From: Heterodontus francisci
Taxonomy: Eukaryota
NCBI RefSeq assembly: GCF_036365525.1
Contig: NC_090379.1
Coordinates: forward strand, 12,047,659 to 12,111,658
Direction of reading: 5' to 3'
DNA: 64,000 nucleotides
Shown: positions 24,295 through 35,805 of the stretch, piece after piece
How positions within the stretch are numbered: the first letter of the stretch is position 1
Layout: each line of letters opens with the position of its first letter
The notes under the pieces: model-generated
What the model saw: the letters and a program-made list of their open reading frames with translations, nothing else
Told to the model about the DNA's origin: nothing
Database searches by the model: none
Made by a program: the position numbers and the translations under genes

Positions 24295-24562
24295 CAAATA
24301 CATGGGAACACCACCACCTGCAAGTTCCCCTCCAAGTCACAAGCCATCCTGACTTGGAACTATATCGCCGTTCCTTCACTGTCGCTGGGCCAAAATCCTG
24401 GAGCTGCCTTCCTAACAGCACTGTGGGCATACCTACCCCAAATGGACTGCAGCGGTTCAAGAAGGCAGCTCACCACCACCTTCTCAAGGGCAATTAGGGA
24501 TGGGCAATAAATGCTGGCCTGGCCAGCATCGCCCACATCCCATGAATGAATAAAAAAAAAAG
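24295..24562 (+). mobile_element. Family 2 LINE 3' fragment
   Basis: Matches the family 3' end and ends in poly-A. Confidence 0.85.
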
Positions 24563-25884
24563 ACACAGTCTCACTCTGACAGTCTCTCTCTCTCATACAC
24601 ATGCACATTCTTACACATTTGCACTCTCGGGCACACTCTTGTCATACACATCCTACCCACACTCTCTTATCTACTTTCTCATAGACTCTCATGCACTCGC
24701 GCGCGCACACTATCTCTCGTGCTCTATTTTGTGCACATGCACCCTTCACTTCTTTCCAGTTTAGGAACTCGGGGAAGGGAATCACAGAGACATTTGGCCA
24801 GTCTTATCTGGCTTAGCTGTGGAGTGAAAGGAGTGAACCTTTCCGGGGGCAGGCATGCTTTCATTAACAGCTCAAACGTGTTGCCAATTAGATCAAACAA
24901 GGAATTGAACCGACAGCGTAAGCAGGCTGTATTCTGCTTTCCAAACCACGACTAAATATGAACGACTAAATTAAGGAGAAAATAGCATGGGAAAAAAATG
25001 AGAGAATTTATGATGCTTCAGTGATCAGTTTTGTTTTCACAAGCTGCGGCAGGAAACTGAATCCATTTTGTTTGGCAACAACAGGACGTTGTAGATTAGA
25101 TTTGAGTCAGTTCTGAGAACTGAGTGCCCATTTTGCAACCACTCAAAGCTGCTGTTAAACATACGTTAATACATTTACTGTTGAAACTTGCAGGTTGCTA
25201 TCAACTGAAACCAGCACTTGCCAATATTGTTTCCTGTGCTTATTCCAAAAGGCATATTTCTTTTACTGGGGTACATTTACATGTACATTGGGTACCCTCC
25301 AGTCCCTCACCCAGGTTCCCATTGTTAATACATGAACCTTGGCTGTGAATGTCTGCAGGCAATGAAGTCACGGTTGGAGCTGTAAGGGTCAAGTCCAGTT
25401 CTATCTATGCGAGTGTACTTTCCAACAGGGAGTTGCCAGCTGGGGATCGGAAGAGAGACGATTGAGTGGTTTATTCACCTCCCTTTACCCGTGGGGCACT
25501 AAAGCTAATTGTAGCTGCCCTAGCTGAGATAAGGTAACCCAGCACACACAAGATCAAACCTTGGCATCACGCTGGTTTGCAGGGCTCAGCTACTCACGGT
25601 AAACCAGGTGAGCATTCGGAGAAGCTCAGTAGTTTGTTTAATGATTCTCATTGACTGGTACTTTCTATTTTGCACCATCATCCCACTTAGAAACTTCCGA
25701 TGTTCGAATATAAGCCATTGTCTTTCATATGTCATTGTGTTCAGTTGGTACTGTGTGTTGTATATGGTGGAGATTCCTTTGAAGCAGTCTGTTTTCTCCC
25801 CCCCCAATGTACTGGAGTAGAGTCCCATAAGCACCAGCTCTCCTCCTGCATCTCTGCATCTCACCCACCTGATCATTCATAGAG

Positions 25885-26185
25885 ATATAGACATAGAAAA
25901 TAGGAGCAGGAGTAGGCCATTCGGCCCTTCAAACCTGCTCCGCCATCCATTGTGATCATGGCTGATCATCCAACTCAGTAGCCGGTTCCTGCTTTCGCCC
26001 CATACCCTTTGATCCCTTTAGACCCAAGAGCTATATCTAACTCCTTTTTGAAAACATACAATGTTTTAGCCTCAACTACTTTCTGTGGTAGTGAATTCCA
26101 CAGGTTCACCATTCTCTGGGTGAAGAAATTTCTCCTCATCTCAGTCCTGAAAGGTTTACCCCGTATCCTTAGATTATGACCCCCT
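25885..26185 (-). mobile_element. CR1 3' fragment
   Basis: GHNLRIRGKPFRTEMRRNFFTQRMVNLWNSLP. Confidence 0.85.
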
Positions 26186-27169
26186 TTATGTGTGAGTTTA
26201 GAAAGTGAGTGTCCCATTCAAATGTGGGAATGTCCTCACACCAAGACTAATCCTATTCCTGCCTGCTATCCACACACATTCTTTCCAGCAAGGGTCACGG
26301 GTGATCAGGTGCAGGACCCAGGCTGATTTCCCCTCTGACAGTGCACATTGACTCAGCCTAATTTTCCCATCCCACCCCATCCCCTCCAACACCCCGACTC
26401 AGAATGACTTCCCTCACCCACCTCCAACCCCAGCTGATTTCCTCCGTTTGCACCCCCCCTCCCACTGCCCCAGCCAGCTCCCCATCACAAACTCAAGGCA
26501 AATCATAGCATCCCCACACCCTTACTGCTATTCAAGCTGAGGTCCGCTAACTCCGCACCAACAATAGATTAAAACAGCACCCTTCCTTTGTTTGGCTGGC
26601 TCAGCTCCTAACACTGGACAATGCACTAACCAGCTGAGTTCTCAGTGGAGTTGTTGGCATAATGTTTAATTTAAATACAAGTTTGGTAGCATTTCAGCTT
26701 TAAAATGAAGTCAATCTAAATTGCTTTGTTGTAAGTCCAGACGCGGATCTAAGGCAGCAGAGGAATAAAGGTATCTCATTGAGGGTTGCAAGGGTGATTT
26801 GAGCACGAATCTCACTAATGACATTAATGAATCTGTATTGTGGCCTAATTAAGAAGCCTTAGCTGGGTCTGACAAAGAATCATGAATGGAAACATTACAC
26901 TGATATGTTGAGGTTAAGGTTATAGTTGCACTTCGTGGCGATCAGGATGGAGAATACTGTTTGTGATCTGGAGTGATTATATTCTATTTGTACATGGGGA
27001 AACTGTGTTCTGAAACAAAATGATAATTCCAAGTGTACACAGAGATTTTTCTCTCCATTTCAGTTAACTGATTGGACTTGCTTTCAGCTCAGTTTAATCA
27101 GTCCGATTCATTTTCCCCATTGACGGAAGACTAGACATTGAAAGAGTTGTCCTGATCCAGAGGTACCAT

Positions 27170-28851
27170 GTTCTTGTTCTGTTCTTTGGCCTCCTTGTCT
27201 CAAGAGACAATGGGTATGCGCCTGGAGGTGGTCAATGGTTTGTGAAGCAATGCCTGGAGTGGCTATAAAGGCCAATTCTAGAGTGACAGACTCTTCCACA
27301 GGTGCTGCAGATAAAATTGGTTGTCGGGGCTGTTGCACAGTTGGCTCTCTCCTTGCGCTTCTGTCTTTTTTCCTGCCAACTGCTAAGTCTCTTCGACTCG
27401 CCACACTTTAGCCTCGCCTTTATGGCTGCCCGCCAGCTCTGGCGATCGCTGGCAACTGACTTCCACGACTTGTGATCAGTGGCACAGGACTTCATGTCGC
27501 GTTTGCAGACGTCTTTAAAGTGGAGACATGGATGGCCGGTGGGTCTGATACCAGTGACGAGCTCGCAGTACAATGTGTCCTTGGGGATCCTGCCATCTTC
27601 CATGCAGCTCACATGGCCAAGCCATCCCAAGCGCCGCTGGCTCTGTTGGGTGTATATGCTGGGGATGTTGGCCGCCTCGAGAATTTCTGCGTTGGAGATA
27701 TGGTCCTGCCACTTGATGCCAAGGATTCTCCAGAGGCAGCAAAGATGGAATGAATTGAGACGACGCTCTTGGCTATCATACGTTGTCCAGGCCTCGCTGC
27801 CGTAGAGCAAGGTACTGAGGACACAAGCTCGATACACTCGGACTTTTGTGTTCCGCGTCAGTGCGCCATTTTCCCACAGTCCAGTCTGGCCAGTTGGCCA
27901 GTCTGGACATAGCAGTGGAAGCCTTTCCCATGCGCTTGTTGATTTCTGCATCTAGAGACAGGTTACAGGTGATAGTTGAGCCTAGGTAGGTGAACTCTTG
28001 AACCACTTCCAGAGCGTGGTCGCCGATATTGATGGATGGAGCATTTCTGACATCCTGTCCCATGATCATTTTCTTGAGGCTGATGGTTAGGCCAAATTCG
28101 TTGCAGGCAGCCGCAATCCTGTTGATGAGTCTCTGTAGACACTCTTCAGTGTGAGATGTTAATGCAGCATCGTCAGCAAAGAAGAGTTCCCTGATGAGGA
28201 CTTTCTGTACTTTGGTCTTTGCTCTTAGACGGGCAAGGTTGAACAACCTGCCCCCTGATCTTGTGTGGAGGAAAATTCCTTCTTCTGAAGACTTGAACGC
28301 ATGTGAGAGCAGCAGGGAGAAGAAGATACCAAACTGTGTAGGTGCGAGAACACAGCCCTGTCTGATGAGGTGCCGCTATGCTGAATTGTGCCTTTCATAT
28401 TGTCATGGAATGAGGTGATGATACTTAGTCGCTTTGGTGGACATCCGATCTTTTCTAGTAGTCTGAAGAGACCACGTCTGCTGACAAGGTCAAAGGCTTT
28501 GGTGAGATCTGTGAAAGCAACGTAGAGGGGCATCTGTTGTGCACGGCATTTCTCCTGTAGCTGGCGAAGGGAGAACAGCATGTCAATGGTGGATCTCTCT
28601 GCTCGAAAGCCACACTGTGCCTCAGGGTAGACACGCTCAGCCAGCTTCTGGAGCCTGTTTAAAGCGACTTGAGCGAAGACTTTCCCCACTATGCTGAGCA
28701 GGGAGATTCCACGGTAGTTGTTACAGTCACCGCAGTCAGCCATGTTCTTATAGAGGGTGATGATATTGGCATCGCGCATGTCCTGTGGTACTGCTCCCTC
28801 GTCCCAGCACATGCAAAGCAGTTCGTAGAGTGCTGAAAGTATAGCAGGCCA
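27170..28851 (-). mobile_element. 5'-truncated RTE-clade LINE
   Basis: NYRGISLLSIVGK, PEAQCGFR, DLTKAFD, FNLARLRAKTKV, FADDAAL, YGSEAWT and a C-terminal CxxC...HxxH, all typical of RTE ORFs. Few frameshifts. Confidence 0.9.
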
Positions 28852-30879
28852 TATACTCAACTAAATGCATTTTTATGTAATGTGGGAATTAATACTTCCC
28901 TGAAGGTGCAAGTCTTTTGTTGCAGGCTCATGGGATTGCAGTGATGATCAGAGAACATCAGTGAACTAAGCAGATTACGCGGGTAGTGATCAAAAGTAGT
29001 GTTCAAGGGCTATTCCGTGAAATGCTCAATTTGGGCAAGGGCATCATGTCTAAGAAGGACAGATCTAAAAATGCACAAAGTACTGTAGTTACTCAAACTT
29101 CTTGTTGGAACCTCATGGCGGCAGACAAAATTTCAATAGTCCTATGGAAGAATTTTGATCTAACTGCCCTGGACCTGTTAGTATATCAACACTCAAGGCG
29201 CCCCGTCTCACATTGAGGTGTAGTGGTCATTCATTAGCTTTAAATCCAGCTCACAGCCATTAAAATAACTTTGTAGGACATTTTGTTGCCCGTCTGGCAA
29301 TGATGTATAGTATTTACAGCCCAGAAACAGGCCATTTGACCCAGTAGGTCCATGCTGGTGTTTATGCTCCACATGAGCCTCCTCCCATCTCTCTTCGTCC
29401 AACCTCTTGAACATAACCTTCTATTCCTTTCTCCTTCATGTGTTTAGCTAGCTTCCCTTAAATGCAGCTACACTAGTTGCCTCAACTGCTTCTTGTTGTA
29501 GCGAGTTCCACAGTCTAACCAAAGTTTTCATTAACCGGAACTATTACTGCTCAAATCTACGCATTATCATCTTCATGCCTAAAGTAATTGGAATTTTTTG
29601 ACTAGAGGACAAAGGGCCACAGTGGGACAATGATGACGAAGAGGAGGTACTTAACCACACACATTTTGTTTTTAAATTGCATTTATGGAAAACCTTATCA
29701 CATCCTCAGAACCTCCCAAAAAACTTTGGAACCAGATGATTATTTTTTGAAGTGAAGTCACTGCTGTTAGTTAGATAAATGCAGCAGCAAACTTGCTTAC
29801 TCCCAGGTCCCACAAACAGCGAAGGAATAAATGATCAGATAATCTGTATGTTGGCGGTGGTGTTTGAAAGATGAACCTTGGCATGGGGTACTCCCTGCTC
29901 TGCTTCAAATAGTGCTGTGGGATTAGGACTGTTCATGTGGAGGATTTGTTGTGTGTTGTCCATCTTAATTTGGGTGAGCCCAGTCATCAGCTGGCACCTA
30001 AAAAGTCTGTTGCCAGTCAGTTGTCTTTTCAGCGTGTTAAAAGTCTGCAGCTCAAACTCACTGAAGTGCAACACAAAAATAAGGCAGCTACCGGCAATGA
30101 CCGTCTTCAGATCAAACGCACCTGTCTTTGGTTCCCCTGGAACGTTACAGGTAGATCTCCATTATTCTAGAAAGCACACCTTGCAGATGAAGTCCACTCC
30201 CCAAGTGGGAAATGCTACTCTATGACCAGAAACACAAAAAGTCTTGGCAGCTGTGGAGTGTGATCTGTACCTTCGCTCATTAGACTAATAAGATCTTGTC
30301 ACTCCTGAGCTACCCAGTTAGCTTCACTTTGTGGGAGATATTTATTGCCGCTCTGACATATCCTTTCTGCCTGTCTACCTGTTTGAAAAACAGGACTATT
30401 CCGACAAATGAGCTCAATTTCATTATTGTACAAGGCCTTCATAAATTTGCCCTGTTTATTAATTCCCGAGTCTGACATAAGTAGCAGCGACAGAGAGAAA
30501 CCTAGAAAAATTAATATTGGTTCTTATTCATCACAGAAGACTTGACTGTGACGTATGTATGCACATACTGAAATGAAACAGCATGCAGGTATTGAGTGGA
30601 ATTAATTGGCACAAAGATACCTGGATGTCTTTGGGACATTTGTAGAAGTGAGACTGATTTATTGTGCCTGAAGTGAAAGGCTGCAACCTGAGGGGACAAT
30701 ACTTTTTAACCCAATTAAAGGAGGTAACCTGCATTTATATGCAGAGCGGGAGCCTGTTTTGCCCATTGTGTGAGGACCTACACAATGTGACATGAGTGAA
30801 CAGCAAAATATTTCAGATGCTATAAATCATCACCTGAAACACACAAGTTCCCAAACCAGAAATAGGCAGTAACCGAGGG

Positions 30880-32460
30880 GCTAAAAAGTGCGGAGATTAA
30901 GGATATTGATATCAGTCAAGAAAAAGTATTGGAGAAACTTGAGGGACTAAAATCTGAAAAGTCCCCGGGACCAGATGGCCTACATCCTAGGGTTCTAAAA
31001 GAGATAGCTGCAGAGATAGCCGATGTGCTGCTATAATTTTCCAGAATTCCTTAGATTCAGGAATGGTCCCATCAGATTGGAAGTTGGAAAATGTTACAGT
31101 GCTTTTCAAGAAAGGAGGTAGAGAGAAAACAGGGAACTACAGACCAGTTAGCCTAACATCAGTCGTTGGTAAGTTGCTGGAAACTATTATTAAGGAAGCC
31201 TTAACATTGCACTTGGAAAAGCATAGTATGATTCGAACAAGACAGTATGGTTTTGACAAAGGGAGATCCTGTTCGACAAATCTATAGAGTTTTTTGAGGA
31301 TGTAACTAGTAGGGTAGATAAAGGGGAGCCGGGAGATGTAGTATACCTGAATTTTCAAAATGCATTCAATAAGGTGCCACATAAAAGATTAATAGGCAAG
31401 AAAAGGGCTCATGGTGTTGGGGGTAATATATTAGCGTGGATAGAGGATTGGTTAACAGTCAGGAAGCAGAGAGTGAGCATAAATGGGCTTTTTCAAGTTG
31501 GTAGGCAGTGAATAGTGGGGTACTGCAAGGATCGGTCCTGGGGCCTCAGCTATTTACACTCGATATTTATGACTTGGATGAAGAGCCAAAGAGTAATGTA
31601 TCTTAAGTTTGCTGATGATACAAAGGTAGGTGGATAAGTAAGCTGAGGGGAGGATGTAGAGAGGCTGCAAAGAGATATCGACAGGTTAAGTGAGTGGGCA
31701 ACAAGATGGCAAATGAAGTATAATGTAGGGAAGTGTGAAGTTGTTCACTTTGGTCATAAAAATAGAAAAGCAGAATATTTTTTAAAAAGGTGTGCAACTG
31801 TTAAGTGTTGATGTCCAGAGAGACTTGGGGAGTACTCGTACAAGGAACACACAAAGTTAACATGCAGGTGCAGCAGGCTATTAGGAAGGCAAATGGCATG
31901 TTGATCTTTATTGCAAGGGGATTGGAGTACAGGAATAAAGAAGTCTTACTGAAATTGTACAGGGCTTTGGTGAGACCGCACCTGGAATACTGTGTGCAGT
32001 TTTGATCTCCACATTTAAGAAAGGATATACTTGCACTGGAGGCAGTGCAGCGAACATTTACTAAATTGGTCCCTGGGATAAAGGGGTTGTTCTGTGATGA
32101 GAGCCTGAGTAAATTGGGCCTATATTCTCTGGAGTTTAGAAGAATGAGAGGTGATCTAATTGAGACATACAAGATTCTGAAAGGGCTTGATAGTGTAGAA
32201 GCTGAGAGAATGTTCCCACTGGGCAGGAAATCTAGAACACGGGGACACAGTCTCAGGATAAGGGGCCAATCATTCAGGACTGAGATGAGAAATTACTTCA
32301 CTCAAAGGGTTGTGGATCTTTGGAATGCTCTACCCCACAGGGTTGTGGCTGCTCCATCATTGAATACATTTAAGGCTGGGATTGATAGATTTTAGGTCTC
32401 GCAGGGAATCAAAGGATTTGGGGAGTGGGCAGAAAAGTGGAATTGAAGCCATGATCATAT
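30880..32460 (+). mobile_element. 5'-truncated CR1 LINE
   Basis: GNYRPVSLTSVVGK, FADDTK, VRPHLEYCVQF and TRGHSLRIRG fragments. Confidence 0.9.
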
Positions 32461-32474
32461 TTCTTGTGTTCTTG

Positions 32475-32863
32475 TGAAACATTAACTCTGTTTCTCTCGC
32501 CACAGATGCTGCCTGACCTACTGAGTATTTCCAGCATTTTCTGTTTTTATTTCTCATTTAATTACTGTTTGTTCATGGCCAATATGGGAAGAGACTGCAA
32601 GATGCTGGCACATCATCAGAGAGCCACTGAGTGCAGTAACTTGAACCAGACAGGTTCATGTTGGTACCCGTCATCTCCACAAGACATTTTTAGTGGCAAG
32701 AGGGGACAATCTTTCTCCCTCTTGTGTTTACTGTGCTCAAAAAGGTGCCAGTATCTCAATTACTTAGCCCAAGCAGAGTTAACGTTTCAGGTCTTTTGTC
32801 AGAACTGGCAAAAGTTATAGGTGTAACAGATTTTAAGCAGGGGATGGGAAGGAAAGAACAAAA
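32475..32863. mobile_element. Two short Penelope terminal fragments (about 32475-32555 on +, about 32770-32863 on -)
   Basis: Match the GAAAC(G/A)TTAACTCTG...CAGATGCTGCC terminal repeat. Confidence 0.65.
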
Positions 32864-33714
32864 TCTCCAAGGACACTTGAGTATTTTTGTGGCAAATAAC
32901 TCCACTCAATACTTTCATGCTGTTTCATTTCTGTGGCCTCCTTTTGTGTTGTCGGGTACTAGGTGGATCAGGGGCTGAGAGGCGCAAAAGTGAGTTTCAA
33001 ATGGGAACCTTTGTGGGTGTTGTCAGATGTGTTTTGAATTTATGGTTGGTACTCTTTAATTTTAACTTGCTACCACAAGCAGTTGTTTACATATAAAATA
33101 TGCAAATTGTTCTCCGAACAGCAACGGCACAACCAGAAATAGCAGGCTCCAACTCTGCTTTTTCCCTGAGGCTTCTGCAAATGGCAATTAACTTTGATAA
33201 AGTTATGCTCTGTGCTCAGTTTTATTTCTGTTGAATCTTTATTTCAGAGGCTTTGGATTTGAAAATTTTTTCCAGTGATGTCACCAGACTCATTTAGTGC
33301 ATGGATCATAAAATTATACAGCACAGAAAGAGGCCCTTCGGCCTATCTTACCTGTGACGGCTCTTTGAAAGAGCAATTCAATTAGTCCACTTCCCTCCCA
33401 CCCCCTTACTCTTTCCCTATAGCCCTGCACATTTTTCCTTTTCAAGTATTTATCCAATTTCCAATTGGGTGTGTACTTGAAGACAATTGAATGTCCAAGC
33501 TTTTGCTTTCTCGGCCTGCATAGCTATGTGTACACTGAGACTCAGGTGGGGGGACATAGATATAGTGACCAATCTTCATGCCCCTGGCTACTTGTGTAGA
33601 GCAGAAGTGTAGCCCACTAGCCTCAGGGCACCTGAGTCTGTTCATTAGCAGCTGGGTCGCACCCCCTAGCGCTGGACCTTGTGCCAAGAACCAAGGATGG
33701 AAAAGAAAGACACG

Positions 33715-34140
33715 TTCATATAGCAACTTGCATGACCTCAAGTGCTGTGCAACCAATGACGCACTTTTGAAGTGTAGTCACTCTTGTAATGTAGAAAACG
33801 TGGCAACCATTTCCAGCAAACAGCAATGAGATAAATGACCAGACAATCTATTTTTAGTGATGTTAGTTGAGGGTAAATGTTGGCCAGGACACTTAGGTGA
33901 ACTCCCTTGCTCTTCAAAATAGTGCCGTGGAATTGTTTACATCCACCTGAGGGGGCAATTGGGACCTCAGTTTGTCACATCCGAAAGATGGCACCTCTAA
34001 CAGTGCAGCACTCCTTCAGTACTGCTCTTGGGAGTGGCAGCTTAGATTGTGTGCTCAAGTCTCTGGAGTGGGTCTTGAACCTACAACCTTCTGACTCAGA
34101 AAGTGCTACCCACTGAGCCATGGCTGACACAGCCAGCTGA
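33715..34140 (-). mobile_element. Deu-domain SINE (SacSINE1-like), near full length
   Basis: tRNA-like head on - (B-box-like GGTTCAAGACC), Deu-like core GAGTGCTGCACTGT..GAGGTGCC.TCTTTCGGATG and the shared tail. Confidence 0.7.
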
Positions 34141-35519
34141 TCAAAGGATCCCAAGGGACTCCGGGACAATTGTCCTACGCCAATTACAAGCACAGGCCCA
34201 AATCCATCCCTTTACGAAAGCCCTGGAAATTTTGGAGCAAGCTGAAGGAGGTGGAATACAGATGTCGCTGGCCTTTGCTTCAAACTCCTGTTATTAATGC
34301 CTGGAAAATAAGTATTGCCCACGTGTTCCTAACAGAAAAATCAACCCCATCAAATTCAAAATCCATGTTTTCGTTCATTCCCGGATGCTAACAGATCTCG
34401 GTGTTCTGATTTAGGATTGATCTGCTAGTGAAACAGCAATGCTAAAAACCGAAGTGTCAGGCTCAGACAGTGGTGTCAACAATGAACATCGTGTTGGCCA
34501 ATAAGCTGGACTCGCAGCAAACAGTATATTTTACAGCAAAGAAAGTCTGTTTACTCAGCAGAATCTGTTTAAACAGCTCATTACAGCAGTCTACAGAGTC
34601 TATTTAAAAGGAGTTCACACAAACTACAGCAAACAAAATTCATGATCAAAGCTACAGTAAAGACTCCCAATAAAAGCAGGGTGATTTCTCCAGCAAGTGC
34701 AATGAATGGAGGATAGTTACATAATACCAATTGTGTACGTAAAACCAATCCCAGCCACTAACAGCAGTGCCGTCTCCATGTGTGACTGACAGGGGAATCA
34801 TCTCCTTTCTGGCCTGGAATAGTGGTGCCGCTACATGCATCTGCTAAAAGCAGTCCTTTCCAAACATCCAGCCCTGCAAAATTCAAATTAGAAATGTAAG
34901 TACAGATTGCATCGAGTGCCCGGGATTCGAGGAACAAATTGTCAAGCCTCGGGCTGCATGCAGCCCACGCATCATAGTTCAGAGATTTAGTGTACAAGCA
35001 TCAGTAGGCATTGGAATAGAGAAAACTTAAGCTGATGCAAGTTGATTTTGTGCCAACACACTTCTGGTGTGATTCTTTTAATCTGTCACCTCTAGTGTTG
35101 CCAACCCTGCAGGAATGACCTGGAGTCTCCAGGAATGAGAGGTTAATCTCCTGGGCAGTACTGCATTCAACCCAAGAGAAAAAAAGTCATACGGGCATTA
35201 AAAAATACCTTTGTGGCCACAAAATTGGGCTCTAACGCTGCTAGTGACAGCGCTGTGGAAGCCCCGGAGGGCGAAAATGGCACAGGCCACACTTCCGGCC
35301 ACCTCCGGTGCGGCCCACGTGGTTACCCTGTGCTGGCAAAGACGCGAGCACAGGCATGCCATGCGTAGGCCAGAAGCATCAAGAGAGGTCCTATCATGAC
35401 ATCATTCAATCGCTCTGGCTGATTTCATGTAAATTTCAGAAACTTAGATGTGCATGTGCACTGTATGCCCATGCTGATCGCTCACAGCTGAAGAGGTTCA
35501 GCAACGTGAGGGACGCCCC

Positions 35520-35805
35520 CTGGTTGGGGAATCTAGAACCAGGGGACAAAATTTCAAAATAAGGGGGAAGCCACTTAGGACAGAGATGAGGAGAAATGTC
35601 TTTACTCAGAGGGTTGTGAATCTTTGGAATTCTCTATCCCAGAGGGCTGTGGAAGCAGAGGTGACCGATTTCTAAATACAAATGACATCAGGGCATATAA
35701 GGATAGTGTGGGAAAAAGGCATTGAAGTGGATGATCAGCCATGATCTTATTGAATGGCAGGGTAGGCTCGATGGGCTGAATGACCTACTCCTGCTCTTTT
35801 GTTCC
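35520..35805 (+). mobile_element. CR1 3' fragment
   Basis: CR1 C-terminus/3' UTR motif TTTACTCAGAGGGTTGTGAATCTTTGGAATTC. Confidence 0.8.
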
